Shown: piece after piece, positions 38,315 to 53,012 of the stretch
Layout of the letters: every line of letters starts with the position of its first letter
How positions within the stretch are numbered: the stretch's first letter is position 1
NCBI GenBank assembly: GCA_951406725.2
Contig: OX597822.1
Span: forward strand, 18,228,001 to 18,292,000
Direction of reading: 5' to 3'
From: Octopus vulgaris
Lineage: Eukaryota
DNA length: 64,000 bases
Program-made: the position numbers and the translations under genes
The notes under the pieces: generated by a model
Databases searched by the model: none
What the model was told of the DNA's origin: nothing
What the model saw: the letters and a program-made list of their open reading frames with translations, nothing else

Positions 38315-39677
38315 TTCAATTCATGCCACCCCAGACACACCAGAATGAATATCCTCTTCAATCTAGCAAAAAGGATATGTACTATAGTTTCTAATGCAAA
38401 CACCAGAGACACATGACTACATGAACTAAAAGATACCCTCATCACCAGGAACTACCCACCTTCACTAATTGACATATGCATTCAACTCAACATCCAGGAA
38501 CTCAGACATCCTAAATTAAAGAAAAATTTACGAGCAAAAGCCTTACCATACATCTCCACACACAACCCTCTCAACAATGAAGCCTTCGACACCATCCTCC
38601 AAAACATAAAAAAGGACCACAGAATGAACTTAATCCTCCAAACACACACTATTATAAAAAGCAAGAGACAGCCCAAATCTATGAAAAGTCTCCTAACACA
38701 AGCTCACATATGCTCACCAACACAGAAGCCGACAGTAAAAAAATGTGGAAGACCCAATTCTGGGATATGCAATTATCTAATTGAGGGATCAGAGTTCTCC
38801 TTCAAACAGGGACAACGTTTCACAGTGAAAAGCAACTTCACATGTGCTTCGGAGAACCTGATATACACACTAACTTGCTCTGGGTGTCAAAAAAATCATT
38901 TACGTAAAAGAATGGCCCTGCACAGATCCCAGATAAAAATTCCCCAAAACAGAAAAATAACATTCAGCCAACACATAGATATTTGCACCAACAACAAAAC
39001 TCCAAGCTTCAGGATTTTTCCCCCCTACCAATTCAGGGACGATACAACCTGGAGCCAACGAATTAGTAAAGAAACTCTCTTTATTACAAAATACAGGCCC
39101 CTTCTGAACGCATCTACAACAAACGATATATCCACCTCAGCCTTAGAATAACACAAATACACATGCAAATATTACATTCCTAAGAATCCATTAAAAATCA
39201 GCCCCAATCACTGCTATAATCCATAACTTTAAATCATCCAACACCTCACTACTTTCACTCATTCATATTCTCCCTTCTCTTCTTCTTCTTCTTATTCTTC
39301 TCTTCCTCCTCTTCTTCTTCTCCCCCTTTTCCTTCCTTCTCCTTCCTAACTTTATCACTAATGCTTTTTAGTAGAACACCTATGCAAATTCTATAAACAA
39401 AACTTTCAATAGAAATATTTTCATGAATTGAACAGCAACTGCTAGCCTCCACTGACCATTCAAAATACTACAATCAAGGCACTCCCAAATTCTTCCTTCT
39501 TCTCCTCCTCCTCCTTCTTCTTTCCTACTGAGAATTCATAAGGGGGAACCCACAAGAGTAAACATGAGAGACAGAGAAAGGCAGAAACAAGGAAAATGCC
39601 ACTTATATTTGAACACTATACAAATATTCTTTTAAAAAGAACTTTTTTAATTTTTCTAAATTTAATCATTTAATTGT

Positions 39678-39717
39678 TACAGTTGAAAAGGTCTCAATGG
39701 CTGAAACCAGGACTGAA
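39678..39717 (+). ncRNA. Decayed hammerhead-like motif in the PLE 3' region
   Basis: CAG-TTGAAAA-GGTC(tcaat)GGCT-GAAAC-CAG-GA-CTG, at the position expected for a pseudo-LTR hammerhead. Confidence 0.4.
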
Positions 39718-39801
39718 ATGTTCTTTATAAAATTATTTTAGCATTTTCTATCCTGACTTGTTTTTTCATATATATCAACTCGTGTGTTCCTTTTCATCCT
39801 T

Positions 39802-39864
<63 letters not shown>

Positions 39865-40070
39865 TTGAGGGAATATTATTCCAAACTTACAGGGAGAAAT
39901 ATATAATATATATATAAAAATTAGAAAAAAACACCTTTTATCAATTCAAAATAAACAATTAAATTACACCATCTAGAAAATTACATATAATAGAAATATT
40001 AAATATAAAATAACAATAATATACCAGTGATTAAGTAATGTGAAAAATAATAAATAAAACATATAAATTT

Positions 40071-40125
<55 letters not shown>

Positions 40126-41851
40126 TAATTCAATATTTATCTATTTCAGGGGTTCCCCACCACCAATGCTTGCATTGCTCTCCATCACCAGCATGATTAC
40201 TGATCCCTATTGCTACTTCTATATAACTTCCACCACCACCATGTACAACCAACCCTCCTTCCCTCACTCCCAGCAACTTAGACCCACCAAGTAGTAACAG
40301 AACTAGCAGAACAAAAACAATGCAGCTTCTCTCAGAATTCCTGACATGTTAAGTGGGTAATATAGAATCTTTAGCATGGCAGAACAATCATGAAGAAACA
40401 TAAATACTATGTGCATATCTAGTTCTTGCTCTCTCTCTCTCTCTCTCTCTCACGTTCTCTCCATATGTGTGTGTGTGTAAAACCATCAATATGTTCTTGT
40501 GAATGTTTTAGTTGTTGTTTAGTCCCAGGTCTGTCTTAATTGAACAAACTTATGTTGAGTTACCATGCAGAACCTCTCCCATTGGTTCGTGTATCCCAGA
40601 TAGAACTATCATTATGTATATATCATACATATATATACATACACACAGACACATATATGCACATATATACATACACAAACACATGCTCAAGCTACTTGGT
40701 AATAATATAAAAGAGTAGTGTGGCTGTTGGTAGTCATGAAAATTAAAAGGGGCCTTCTTTCCTCTTTCAAGGATGTAAGACTGTAAGGATTTCTCATATA
40801 TGCTCCACTCTTCCTTTCAAATTCTTGTTAAATCTAGAAATTTATGGAAGTCTTCGCATTTTGATGTAATGCATTTTGCAGAGAGTTGAGAGACCCAGGA
40901 ATGCATTCAATGTAAGTTTCTTTCAAAGATATTGCCATAAGGAGGGGGAGGGGGGTTAATTGTTTGGAGATGAAATGAAAAGAAAGAGGAGGGTATGAGG
41001 TGGGTTTCTGGGAGTTGCTGGGAAGGAAATTTGCTTTTTATCTCATTATTTATTTATTCCCTTGTTATTCATTCTTGCAAGTAATTTCAACATCAGCCCT
41101 CCAAAGACATGGTTATTTTCCTGTGCTATACCTACAGGTGTGGGTGATCATGAACCACCATGCGAAAGACTAAAGATTAATGATTTTTCTTGAGAAAAAT
41201 ACAGTAGTGATTCCTTGTTACCTTCTATCAGGAGTTGAACACAAGGCCTTATGGTCATAAACTGAATATCTTAACCACTAGGCCATCTAACAACATGGAA
41301 TAAAAGACAATAGCAAGTTCACGACTGCCCACCACCTGCACATTTTTCAGTAGTTTGTTTACACTTTGCCCTGTGAGTCTTTTCCTTTCTTGAGCTCATT
41401 TAGTCTTTTACAAGGGGGCCTCAATCACATGATATCAGGTCTGACACATGTCTCGAGGCAAATACCCCTCTGAATCTTGTATGCCTAAGCCATACAACCA
41501 TCATGCTGCTTTTAATCCCAAACTGGGTTCTCAATAGCAATTATTGCTACTCCTGACCAGAATCTGTTTGAGAGTTGTAGTAACCAAGGAGTAACTCCAT
41601 ACTCCCCAGCACTCCTAAACTCCTGACCTGGGACTTTGTCACTAAATGCAGTTTAATGCCGGGACATGTGTATTTGTTTCCATTCCCATAACTAGCAAAA
41701 AGCCCTAATTAGATATGTACCAAATTTTAAAATAATTACTGAGGCTGCTTTGTTCAATTAAGCCCTTCCAGGAGGTGCCCCCCACCCCACAGCATGACCA
41801 CAATCATGATGACTGAAACAACTGAAAGATAAAAGATGCATGCATAGATGG

Positions 41852-41910
<59 letters not shown>

Positions 41911-41993
41911 GGTCCCGGGTTGATTCGGGGTTAACCACAGTAAATAAGGTACTCAATACATAGCAGAGTAAACTTAATTTATTATATAGAAGG

Positions 41994-42044
41994 AGCTTCT
42001 ACAGGACTAGAACTGTTTCATTCAAGAGAAATCATCAGGAAGCT
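41994..42044 (-). ncRNA. Type I hammerhead ribozyme motif (mirror copy)
   Basis: Identical sequence on the opposite strand, overlapping at the central AGCT. Confidence 0.82.
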
Positions 42045-42091
42045 TCCTGATGATTTCTCTTGAATGAAACAGTTCTAGTCCTGTAGAAGCT
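42041..42091 (+). ncRNA. Type I hammerhead ribozyme motif
   Basis: AGCTTC-CTGATGA-TTTC(tctt)GAAT-GAAAC-AG(ttctagtc)CT-GTA-GAAGCT; 6-bp stem I, 4-bp stem III, GUA triplet. Confidence 0.82.
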
Positions 42092-42100
42092 CCTTCTATA

Positions 42101-42139
<39 letters not shown>

Positions 42140-42143
<4 letters not shown>

Positions 42144-42483
42144 TTCACCACCTCATCCCAGGTCTTTTTGGGTTCACCTCTTCCACAGGTTCCCTCTACT
42201 GCTAGGGTGTGACACTTCTTTACACAGCTGTCCTCATTCATACACATCACATGACCATACCAGCACAGTCGTCTCTCTTGCTCACCACATCTGATGCTTC
42301 TTATGTCTAACTTCTCTCTCAAATCACTTACACTCTATCGTGTATGCACACTGACATTACACATCCATTGGATCATACTAGCTTCATTTCTTTCGAGCTT
42401 ATGCTTGGCCTCTCGATTCTAGACTTTGCTTCCACACCTGAAACTTCTCCTCTAGTTCTGGTAGTGACTAAGCTATTAGAGTA
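42140..42483 (-). mobile_element. RTE fragment with an internal deletion
   Basis: LPELEEKFQVWKQSLESRG is joined to KLERNEASMIQWMCNV..RRLCWYGHVM..GRGEPKKTWDEVVKH. Confidence 0.85.
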
Positions 42484-42680
42484 ATACATACATACATACA
42501 TACATACATACATACATACATACATACATACATACATACATACATACATACATACATACATACATACATACATACATACATACATACATACATACATACA
42601 TACATACATACATACATACATACATACATACATACATACATACATACATACATACATACATACATACATACATACATACA

Positions 42681-42716
<36 letters not shown>

Positions 42717-42730
42717 TACATACATACATA
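42484..42730. repeat. Long (TACA)n microsatellite
   Basis: Direct inspection. Confidence 0.97.
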
Positions 42731-44639
42731 TATGTATGTATGTATGTCTATGTATTTTTATATGTTGCATACAGATATTTCAACAGAGAGTAGCAAACAT
42801 GGTTAAACAAGAAATAACAGCTCAGCCAACCAAGTGTGTGGGATTGCATTGATTCCTAATAGAAAGCCGGGTCACATGATCTATGACGTCAAATATCCTT
42901 GAAGAGACTATGATCCTTCATTCCACATGGCATTCATCCTTCTCTATTAATTTATGGCTTGAGAAATTACTGTTTATAAAGAAAAATTCAACAAGGAAAA
43001 TATTCTTGACAACCAAGAATTTAAGCTTATGAATTTTAAAAAAGATGCTTCCTGAAAATACATGTATTGTGCACACACACACACACATACACAAACACGA
43101 AACCACATCCACACACACACACACACACAAACGCATACACACACAAAATGAAATCATACAGAACCACACATGCACACAGACACACATACACACACATCAT
43201 ACATGTTCTTTTTTGTTTTGTTTTTTTTCCTATGTATGTAAGCAGAATAATATTCAACTAATTTGGAGAAACTGTTTGCTGAGTTAATAACACTAATATA
43301 AATTGCCAAGTATTTATGACTGAAGAATAAATATTTTACTAAAGGATGTTACAAAAATAAAAGTTAATTAGTCAATTTAGAGACAAAAATGGAAAGAAAA
43401 AATATGTTGAAAATTTTGATAATTATAATAAATTCCCCATTATTATTGGAAATTATTAAAGAGCATATTGATTAATTGAAATATATTATCAAAATATTAC
43501 CAAAGTATGTATAAGCAATAAATGTGAATACATTCACACACACAGACATTCACACATACATACACACATACATACATGCTTATATACATATACACACACA
43601 AACACACATATATATAGATACATACATTCGTAGCAGTCAGGTATAATATATTTCCACAAATTTGTTGTATTCGGATATACATATGTTTGTATATATGAAT
43701 GCATATTTACATGTATATATGTATGTGTGTGTGCGTGTGTGTGTGTGTCTGCAAGTACATGTGCATATATGTCAATGTATATATTTAAACATAAAAGTAT
43801 ATATACATGTGTGTGTGTATATATATATATACACACACACCCCTTTGTATATGTATATGTGCATATATTTAAATATAAAAGTATGTATGTATATATATAT
43901 ATACACAATTTGATACAGGTGTGTGTGTGTGTGTGTGTATTTAGTTGTGTGTCTTTAAATACACACAAAGTCCCATAGATTTATTAACATGGTTTTGATG
44001 ATGAGCTTTGTTAATGCATATTGAATTCTATCATTATTGAAACGTATCTTAACCTTCTCCATCACCCTCTGACCCCCACCCCCATGGATAAAAACAACTT
44101 ATTATTTTTGTTGGGGTGCGGGAAGGAAAAGGTAGCTGTTTAGCCGACTGGACCATTGGTTTTTTATGATGATGATGATCATCATCATCATCGTGATCAC
44201 CACACTGGCATGGGTTGGATGGCTCATTGCCACTTTTATTTGATGAGTTAGATGACCATATCTCATAATTTACATTTTTTTAATTTGGTTTGTACAGTTG
44301 GATGTCCTTCCCAATGCCGACCACTTTACAGAGTCCACTGGGCGCAATTCCTTTTGTGGCACCAGCACTAGAGAGAAGTGGTGGTGCCTTTAACAAGACT
44401 AAATGCCCTCCACACTTAACAGACCAGCTCCATGCTATCATGGTGCCAGAAAATTATTTTAATCTCAGATTCATTTTATATTGCTGTTGAGAAAAGATGT
44501 AGCTTTTGAAAGAATGGGTTTAGATATTTAGACATGAAAGAATAAACTTCAGTAATATCAAACAGAATTAATTCACAGTGTTGTTTGCCAATAAATACCA
44601 TTGAACCATTTTACTACAAAGACAATAATGCTCTATGGT

Positions 44640-44855
44640 AAGGCAGTGAGCTGGCAGAATCATTAGCATTCCTGGTAAAACACTTAGTGGCATTTCACCT
44701 GTCCTCATGCTCTGAGTTCAAATTCTACCAAGGCCCCAACTTTGCTTGTTGTCCTTTTAGGGGCAGTAAAATAAATACCAGTTGTGTACTGTGGTTGACG
44801 TAATCAGCTTATTCCATCTTGAAAATTGATGGCCTTGTGTTAGAATTCTAAATCA
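44640..44855 (+). mobile_element. tRNA-derived SINE, second family, diverged
   Basis: AAGGCAGTGAGCTGGCAGAATCATTAGCA..GAGTTCAAATTC. Confidence 0.7.
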
Positions 44856-45922
44856 ATATTGTTCCATGGTGATTGGGAAATTACATTTCTTATGAAGAAA
44901 TCTAAAATATGTTTGCTAACTCTGCCTGTTTAGTAGATTATATTAACTTGTATTTAGAGCAATTAAAAGCAAAAAAAAAAGATTCAATTGCAATCTTTAA
45001 TGTGCATGAAGTTGAAAACTCTTCCATCATCTATACTCATTGTAACAGGAGAGATGTTAGCCTCCATGTTTCTGTAGTTACTATATCCTTTCTGTGTTTA
45101 TCTGCCTATCTATTTATATGTATCTGTCTATCCATACACACACATACACATATGCATGTATACTCACACACGCACAGATATTTGTGTGTATATGTATATA
45201 TTTGAAGCAAACATTGTTAGCAATAGTTTTCCAATAAGCTTATTATTGGTTCACTGTATTTCTGAAGGCAAAGAGCAACAAGGAAGTGCCTGAAAATTAG
45301 TTCAGAACAAATACAACCAAGGATTTCATTTGAAGTGTAGTTTTTGCTTCTACGTCCTTGTTGGTGTTTTTGTTGCAGGAACGTTTAATCTTTTGCCAAT
45401 GTTTAAGTATGCGTGTACACATTCATGCAGGCACACATTGACATTCTTATGTCAGGCACTATTTACCAAATTCCACTTACCAGCCATTGGTTAATCTATG
45501 AATATGGTAGAAAATACTTGCCTTTCTTACCGAGCAAACACATTTAAATAGACATCTGGCCATCTAAATTTACATAAACCTCTAAATTTATAAGTCATTC
45601 TAATAATTGCTCATATACTGTATCTACTGATGTATAAGATGTGTTTTATTCATTATTAAATGTGACAAAAAAATTACCAAGCATCTAATTAATGTGACTG
45701 CAATTACAGATGTGATATCATGTGTAGGAGTGTTTAATGAAATATGTTAAATTGGTTTTGTTTTCTTTCTCTTTTTTTTTCTTCTTTTTTTCCCCCCACA
45801 AACAAAATGCAGGGGTTCATCATATGCAAGACTGCACCTTATACACCAGCAAACACAAAAGAAAATTAATATGGAATAGTTTTGAAATGCATACGTATAT
45901 ATACACAGAATGACAAATGCAT

Positions 45923-45957
<35 letters not shown>

Positions 45958-46208
45958 CTTATATAGACATGAAAGGATATACGTACAAAACTCATTAGGA
46001 AACATGAATATCAATTTTAATATTAATATTTGTACATTTTAGTGTATTTTGCTTGTATATTATATTGTTTTAGCTCTGTTACAAGATATTGAGCATCATG
46101 TATCTATTGCAGAGATATATCCAGAGATGCATATAGTATATATGTATTTGTTGATGCATGTGTGTATGTGTGTGTATATATATATATATATATGCATATA
46201 TGTGTGTA

Positions 46209-46288
<80 letters not shown>

Positions 46289-47134
46289 GGCTGCCCCCTC
46301 GTTATCGAGTATGGTCAATATATATATGCATATATGTGTGTATATCTTTATAAATATAAATATATATATATATATATAATCATCCAATCACATTATATAT
46401 TTATGTGTATCAAAGTTTGTTTCCTTTCATTTTTCATTTTCATTTTTGCTTGTACAGAGAGAGAAAGAGATGTATATTAATGGAATATAATTTCTTATGA
46501 ATTTTCATCAGTATATATTCATAAACTTTTGTGTGTGTGTGTATATATATCTATATGTGTGTGTGTGTGTGTGTAACTATATATTTCTATATATTATTTT
46601 AAAAGAAAATGAAATTGTTTGAAAATTCACACAGCATTCTGAGCTTTTGATGGAATTGGTATGTTCTATTTTTGCTGCCAGAAGGGAACTACGTAATGGA
46701 AGTTAATATTGGTTCCCATGCCGTACATAATAAAAACACCAATATTCATTACGATGAGAAAACTCCATCATCTTTCTTTGGTAACTTATGCAGCGCTAAT
46801 GTGTCAGGACAAAAAACCTCTCCATACATATATTATTTTCACCTCCCTATACTTTCTGCTCTTTATTTTATGTGTATATATATTCATATTAACACACACA
46901 CACATATATATATATACATGCAGTCATTTTTACTACATACATGTGAATACCTGTATCTATATGCATGTGTATACCTGTGTATTTTTGTGATGTAAATATG
47001 TGTCTGTGTTTGTTATGGAATTTGTGTCTGTGTATTTGTAATGCTGTAGGCACATTTGCACAGAATATTCATCTGACTATATTGTTCTCTCTTATTCTCT
47101 TTCTCTGTAGGTATGTATACATACGTACTTTTAT

Positions 47135-47234
47135 ATATATCATCATCATCATCATCCTTTAACAACTTAATACATTCTGTATTTCCTTTTGACTTTTGTT
47201 GTTTTGTTATTTTTTTATTTTCTGTTTGACTATA

Positions 47235-47309
<75 letters not shown>

Positions 47310-47412
47310 TTAACAACTTAATACATTCTGTATTTCCTTTTGACTTTTGTTGTTTTGTTATTTTTTTATTTTCTGTTTGACTATATATATGTGTATATAT
47401 ATATATATATAT
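47135..47412. repeat. Tandem duplication, ~151-bp period, bounded by (CAT)n and (TA)n
   Basis: CCTTTAACAACTTAATACATTCTG..GTTTGACTATATATATGTG occurs twice, identically. Confidence 0.9.
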
Positions 47413-47424
47413 TTACACCCACCT

Positions 47425-47463
<39 letters not shown>

Positions 47464-48056
47464 AACACACATACACTTACCTCTCAGTCCGTATGGAAAT
47501 TTCTTTTATGAAATCCATCTACAATTTGAACCTGTTACGCAATGCTTTACACACACTGATGACTTGCTAATGTTTATCTGATCTGCACTTCCCCATTTTA
47601 CTTCCTCGACTCTCATAATGTTAGATACCAAAACTCAAATGTATTAAGTATCTACCACTTGGCTTTAAGGTTGAACAAGAAACGAAAAGAAAAAAAAATG
47701 TTTTTTTCTCTGCTGGAACGTGAGGAAAATTTGGGAAGCTTCATTTAGAAATGTGGCCCATTTTTGTTTTTTAATAAAAAAATTAAGATATATTTGCCTA
47801 TGAACATATATGTGTTTATGAGTGTATGTGTGTGTGTGTGTGTGTATGTATATATATGTGTGTATAATGTATGTACAAATATATATATATATATATATAT
47901 ATACCTTCATATAGTTTTTGTAAGTTTTTCATTAGTCCAAAGAAAAGAGTGTTTGTAGAGGGTTGCATTTTATTTTATTAGTTTGCATTAATTCATTGAT
48001 ATGTATTTTGTGTGTGAAGAGGTTTTAAGCAAAGGTATGTTGCCTGCCCATGAATA

Positions 48057-48102
<46 letters not shown>

Positions 48103-48123
48103 CATATATATATATATATACAT

Positions 48124-48155
<32 letters not shown>

Positions 48156-48825
48156 GGCAAATGGAAGATGGATATATATGTATACATGTGTGTACACACA
48201 TGTATGCATATAAATACACAACTGCATGTATACACACACACACACAAACACACCCAGAATAATAGACTGACTGATCAAAGTTGTCAGCATCATCATGGTT
48301 CTCAGCTTCATTTATTGTCCAATTTTCTTCCAATGCTAACATGAGTTAGGGCAGATCTTTTCTGGTCCAGCATCTCTTGTTGTCATCTCACACACACAGC
48401 AACAGGGAAACTTTTCAATTTCTATTTTTGTTTTTGTGATTTTTCTCTTCCAGTTTTTTTTTCCCCTATGATTGGGGTTGGTAAAAGAAGTACCATGACA
48501 CTGGGATCTATGTAATCAACCAACTCATTCCTCTTAAAAATTGCTGAAAACCATTATTACCAGGGTCGACGTGATCAACTAGTCCCTTCTCCACAAATTT
48601 CAGGCTTTGTACCTAAAGTAGAAAGGAACTTCAAGACTGATGGGAAGGAAGAGGGAGATCTCAACAATCTGAAAAGAAGTGAGTCCAAATGCCAGCAGCA
48701 GAATGCTCGCTGCTAAAAGTAACCAAGATATTACGTGAGAGAGGGTGTTAAACCAGGCAATGAAGAAATTCTCTAAATCACTTAGTTATTTTAAAAATTA
48801 ATTAAAATGCAAGGACATAATGGGT

Positions 48826-49115
48826 ACAGAGATAGTTGCATGGTTAAAAAACATGCTTTGCAACCACATGGTTTTCGGGTTCTGTCCCACTGTGCAGCAC
48901 CTTGGCCAAGTGTTATCTATTATAACCCTGAGCTGACCAATGCTATGTGAATGAATTTGCAAGATGGAAACTGTATGGAATCCCAGCATTTATATGTGTG
49001 TGTCTTTGTGTCTATGTTTGTCACTCCACCACTTGACAGCTGGTGTTGGTTTGTTATGTCTCTGTATCCTAGCCATTTGGCAAATGAGACTGATACCATA
49101 AGACTTTAAAAAATA
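48826..49115 (+). mobile_element. tRNA-derived SINE, first family, diverged
   Basis: CAACCACATGGTTTTCGGGTTCTGTCCCACTGTGCAGCACCTTGGCCAAGTG. Confidence 0.7.
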
Positions 49116-50489
49116 ATAAGTTTAAGAGAGTGACCTTTTCCTTCAAACTGGCCAAATGAGAAATTTGGAATCATCCTTAACTTTTCAAATCTTTTGTTTT
49201 TACTTAGCTTTGTTTATGAGCCATTTTTAACATAAGAAAGGTTGGGTTAGGGTGGATAACGAAGCTAATATTCCTTCCCATAAATCCTAAGAACTTCAAC
49301 ATGCAGGTGTATTGAAAAGAATTACTATGGAATACAATGTCTTATATTCTTCTTAACATAAATATCTCACAGATTATTTCATAATGATTCAAGTGTCTTT
49401 GGTGACCTCCTTCTTTGTCGTGTTAAGTTCTTTTCATGTTGGAATATTCAAAATATATTATTTAAAGCTTAATATCTCCTAATTACATCAGCATGATGCC
49501 AAAATCTTCTAAAGAATATTTACATTCATTCACATAAAGCTTATTCAGCCGACTTCTCTCATTTTCATTCTCTTCAGATTTGTTAACCTCGCTTGTCCTT
49601 AGCCTTTGAAACTAAATGCAATTTGTTGAATATTGTTATTTGGTAAAGACTGCAGAGGTGAAGAGGTTTGAGTAGATAAAGCATTTGACTGCCAACTTCA
49701 TGGACCATCAGTTCATACGTGGAAAAGACAATTTCATTATATTTCAAATGAGCATACGTAATGCCACATGCTGTATTTTCCTTCAGAGTTGCCAGAGAAA
49801 AGAACCACAACATCACTTAACATTGTGGTGATATTTATTGCAATAAATTAGGCACTGCTTTGTATGTTGAGTGCTTCTTATTGTTGTTTATTTTCAAAAT
49901 GGATTGAAACAAAGATAGAATATTTGGCCAGAATTTTTTGATAACAAAAGATTTAAAGGAACTGATTGTGGGAAACTACTCTGAGTGATGCCTTTCTGCA
50001 TAAAAACATCTTCCCTCTTTTTGCAACTATGGTGTGACATTCACTAATTGCTTTGGGTGGGGTGGGGCTGTCCAATTGTGAGTGAATATTGAGCCCCCCG
50101 CCCCTCATATTTGACTTGGCAGAACATACAGGATGAGAGAGCTGGAGAGAAACAGGGTTGCACTAACACTCGTCTGATTCTCATTTTGGCTGACCATACA
50201 AGAGTAATATGAAATGAGGTGTCGTGCTCAAGGACACAATGCCCTACATGGACCAGGAATTGAACCTCCAACCTTATAATGATGAGCTAGACATTATAAC
50301 CACTCGACCATGTATACTCATCGGAATGAATCATTGTGAAAATTGGTTTCCTTTACTATTTCTGTAATTGAGATTAATAAAAACTCCTTACATATACCAC
50401 TTCTCTGTGCTGAAGAGGATTGGTCAGCAAGAGCCCTGTGTTGGTGCCATTTAGAAGCACTGATGTCAGCACCATGTAGAGGGTCCATG

Positions 50490-50686
50490 CCACAGGAAAA
50501 GCACCCAGCAGGCTCTGTGAAGTGGTTGGCATTAGGAAGGGCATCCAGCCTTCCCAAAAACTGAACCAAATCAGACAATGGAACCAGGGGCAGCTCTCTG
50601 GTTTGCCAGCTCGGGTCAAAGCATTTGAATCATCCAACCCATGCCAACGTCGTCGTCGTCGTCGTCGATGTTGATGATGATGATGT
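50490..50686 (+). mobile_element. RTE-type 3' tail
   Basis: AAAAGCACCC..GTGGTTGGCATTAGGAAGGGCATCCAGC..CCAACCCATGCC plus a trinucleotide tail. Confidence 0.72.
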
Positions 50687-51539
50687 TTTTGCTGCTGTTG
50701 CCTGTGATGATGATGGTGGTGATGAATAATGTCAAGAATGTTAGCCTCTACTTAATGTAATAAGAACAGTCATATTATTACTGGAGCCGGAGACCAGTTT
50801 TTGCATCATCACTTTACTGTACAGCAGCCATTTGGTCAAGAATTCTAAGTTTGATCTCATTCTCTGGGATCAACAATTAGAATTTCTGTGTTCAGTGAAA
50901 CAACTTTGACCTTCATCTCAAAAGTTGCCTGATTACTTGAGTAAATTAATAACTGATGCCGATGAAATAATTAACTGACTCCTAAGAAATAGAAACTTCT
51001 GCGTCATACTTTGGCCACTCCTTCTTTCATTGGTAAATGAAAACATGTATGCATATATGTGTATATATATATATATCTATGTGTATATATATATATCTAT
51101 AAAACTGTTTAGTATATGTGTATATAATAAACTATATTATATATGTGTACATATATATCCTATTCTTAAATTATATATGTGTATGTGTGGGCATAATGTG
51201 TGTGTGTGTGTGTTTGTATATCCCTTATGTTGTTGGTGTTTGTGTGGATAAGAATTGACTTTGTTGTCTATTTTATTTCGTTTACATAAATCATGAGAGT
51301 TCTTAGATTCCTGTCAATGAAAAAAATAAACACAAACATACACACACTATTTGTTACTTTAATCGGAAATAGAAGACGTGTGTGTGTGTGTAAATGTACG
51401 CAAATACTCTTGCATACAAACAACACACGCACATTTGTATTTATATGTACAGACACCAAAGCAAACAAAATCATGTACCTGCTGGTTTAATCTGAATATG
51501 TATGCATATACATCTGTTCACAATATAGTTTTGCATTTC

Positions 51540-51572
<33 letters not shown>

Positions 51573-52961
51573 AATATACATATATATATATATCTTTGGC
51601 ATATGTGTGTGTGTTTATGCACATATATCTGTTGGCTGACATATGCAGGCAGGCAAACTCACACATCTAACTAGTCTATAAGTCATATCAAAAGTGCAGA
51701 ACAGCAGCAAAAACAAAAACCAAAAAACAACAACATTTGTTAAATACAGTCTTAAATTCAATATTTTTCTTTCCTCAAAGAAAGAATTTCCAATAATTTG
51801 CTGATTATTCTGCTCACACAAATACACACACACACCCACATGCACTCATACTTTCTTATATTAAATTCTTAGATTTTTATTTTGGCAAAGGGAACTGGCT
51901 GACCTCAAATATATACATACATCATCACCATCATTTAACACCCAGGTTCCATGCTGGTATGGGTTGTATGCGCGCACACACACACACAGACATGCACACA
52001 CACATGCACGCACACATATGCACACACATACACATGCATGTATACATATACATATGTTCGATAATATTTCAACAAAATTCCTTTAGCTTTGCAAACCTAT
52101 CAAACACCAAAATGTTCATTGTAGCACAACAGTTGTTGTTGTTGTTGTTGCTGTTATTGTTGTTGTTTACGTTGATGTTTTTTTCTGTAACTTTGAAAAT
52201 ATTTCATTTTGTTTTTGTTTGTTTCATTGCATTTGTTTTCTTATTTTTTCCTATAATTTTTTCATTTAGTTTCAATTTAAAAAAAATATTTTTTTCCCCC
52301 AACATTATTATCTCTATTCCAGTCATCTCCTGAGTTTTTCATTTTTTTTTTTTTGTCTTTTGGCTTCAAGTAAATTTCTACAAACCCCTCTTAAAACCTT
52401 CTTCCCTTTTACTATTTTTCTTCATGTGCCTGCTTCTCTTTTCTGAAGAAATTTTATTTCACTTTCTGAATAACACCATTAAAGCATGCACCACTCTTTC
52501 CTTTCTTTCTTTCTTTGTTCTATTTTATTTTTTTTCTTTACTTATGATTATAGTTATTTATTTTTGGTGTGTTATTTTTAAAATCTAGTCTTTCCAAAAT
52601 GGTGCTATGACATTTTAGCTATTTTCACATCATTCATATTCCTGATTTTTGACTCTATTGTATAAACTTTCCAATTTATTTTCTTACTCTTCTTTTTGTC
52701 ATCATCATCATCATCATTATGATCATTTTCATCTTCCTCTTCCTCCTCATCATCTTTGTCTTCATCATCATCATCATTCCAAACATGGCCAACCTCCTCC
52801 TCCTCATCATCATCACCATTATCATCGCCTTCATCATCATCACAGCCATCACTATCATCCTCACCATCATCATTATCATCATTGTTTATTGCTCTTTTTT
52901 TTTATTTTTGCTATTACAAGTCCTGTTGTTACAATTATTAATATTGTGATTCATCATCATC

Positions 52962-53012
<51 letters not shown>

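Larger units (their letters stand above)
36797..39803 (+). mobile_element. Penelope-like element, Neptune-like, 5'-truncated and interrupted by a Helitron
   Basis: WKRYLDDCFILW..IQFTME..FLDILI..YYKPTDSKQYLP|FNSCHPRHT..; ORF 38624-39151 has a Cys-rich linker and a GIY-YIG region (FTCASENLIYTLTCSGC..KETLFITKYRPLLN); (TA)n on both sides. Confidence 0.9.
41908..42110. mobile_element. Minimal fold-back insertion: perfect 136-bp palindrome plus 67-bp tail in (TA)n
   Basis: 41975-42042 is the exact reverse complement of 42043-42110, with no spacer. Confidence 0.9.

Noticed and set aside
47135-47412. Identical 151-bp tandem duplication as a functional element
   Set aside because: Bounded by microsatellites; slippage or an assembly artefact is the simpler explanation.
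49130-50040. Possible host exon or ancient hAT transposase remnant
   Set aside because: Only vague similarity by eye, many stops and no reliable motif; needs BLASTx.
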